A DNA stretch of 62,950 bases, the filler included, from Octopus bimaculoides (Eukaryota): assembly GCF_001194135.2 (NCBI RefSeq). It is 6 parts of 5 records of this genome, joined end to end, with 100 filler letters (N's around TTAATTAATTAA, not from the genome) between each part and the next. Parts side by side here need not be neighbours in the genome. Positions count along the whole stretch, not along the records: positions 60,580 to 62,950 come from NC_068985.1; 5 more parts are not named here. One strand, written 5' to 3'. The notes beneath the pieces were generated by a model that was not told the origin of the DNA, did not search any database, and saw only the letters and a list, made by a program, of their open reading frames with translations. A program made the position numbers and the translations under genes. Each line of letters starts with the position of its first letter. The first letter of the stretch is position 1. Below, piece after piece: positions 61,992-62,950 of the stretch.

Positions 61992-62950
61992 CGAGGTAAC
62001 GAAAAGAAACCCGAATTTTGAAATTTTATTTTATTCGCAAAGTTTTATATGTTTACACTTTTATTGCCTTCCAAGTAATCGCCATTTCCAACAATGCATC
62101 GGTCCAGTCATGTTTTCCCCTGTTTGAAGCATTCGTGGAACTCTTGCGAAATATATGCCTTTTAGCACCGCTGTTATTTATTTCTATGCTTCTTCCACAT
62201 CTGCAAAACATTTTCCTATAAGTGCATTTTCATTCGAAGCAAGATCGAGTGAATAGGAAGGGTGGGTAAGTAGGGTCATTCTATTTTGGGTCAAAAACTG
62301 TCTCACAGTTGAGCAAACATTGTCTTGAGCAAACATTGTCTTGAGCAAACAATCACTCTGCACTTTGCCACAGGCCGGAGCGTTTTTTGTCTCACTGTGT
62401 TTCGAAAATGCTTCAGAACTGCCGAGGAAAATGTCTGTTTAACATTTTGACCAGGAGGAGCAAATTTTGTGTGGACAATTCCTTTCGCATCAGACAACAA
62501 AAATCGGCAACGTCTTGACATTGGACTTCACTTGACGCGCTTGTTTGGGGCATGCTGACATTAAATGCTTCCATTGACCTGATTCCGTCTTCGTGTCCGG
62601 GTCATAGCTGCAGCACCAGCTTTCGTCACCAATGATGACCTTCGAAAAAAGATCTGAATCAACTTCCAACTGTTCTTTCAGTTTACGACACGCATTCAGT
62701 CATGACTGCTTTGGATCTTCAGGGAGCGAACGAGGCAGACATTTTGCCGCAACTTTTTCATTCGGAATTCCTCGCTCAGTATTCGTTTGCAAGAACTCCA
62801 GGACGCACCAGTCGTATCAACAAGTTCGTCAATTGCTCGGTGACGGTCCTCGAAGATTGGTTCGTGAATCTTTGTGATGTCTTCATTTGTTTGGGGCGGG
62901 GGTCGACGGTAACTTGAAATAAGTTGGTCTTCAAGTGACAAGTGACCATT
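61992..62950 (-). mobile_element. mariner element, degenerate, continues off the window
   Basis: KVIIGDESWC..YDP, KGIVHTKFAPPGQNV, CIVGNGDYLEG; left terminus TA-cgagg. Confidence 0.8.

Noticed and set aside
62311-62350. 16-bp tandem duplication gagcaaacattgtctt
   Set aside because: Local slippage inside a dead mariner element.

Overview
AT-rich, gap-ridden animal genomic DNA. It is inferred to be cephalopod (octopus-like) from the SINE families, the microsatellite load and a sigma-class GST that resembles squid GST as I recall it. No databases were searched; all family names come from recalled motifs. Two host exons are confidently recognisable, both sigma-class glutathione S-transferase on the minus strand: a first coding exon (41760-41892) and a terminal exon (55227-55391). 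Their order implies two tandem paralogues, each cut off near an artificial scaffold linker. Most of the rest is a transposon graveyard: Tc1/mariner, a Chapaev3-like element, a hAT MITE with a perfect 8-bp TSD, a Gypsy pol relic, RTE, Tx1/L1, Hero-like and R4/Dong-like LINE fragments, and at least three tRNA-derived SINE families. The most interesting unannotated signal is about seven minimal type I hammerhead-ribozyme-like motifs from several short repeat families (Penelope-like or retrozyme-like). One is near-canonical (49898-49945) and two sets occur as divergent pairs. Almost all ORFs in the supplied track are artefacts of microsatellites or N-gaps.
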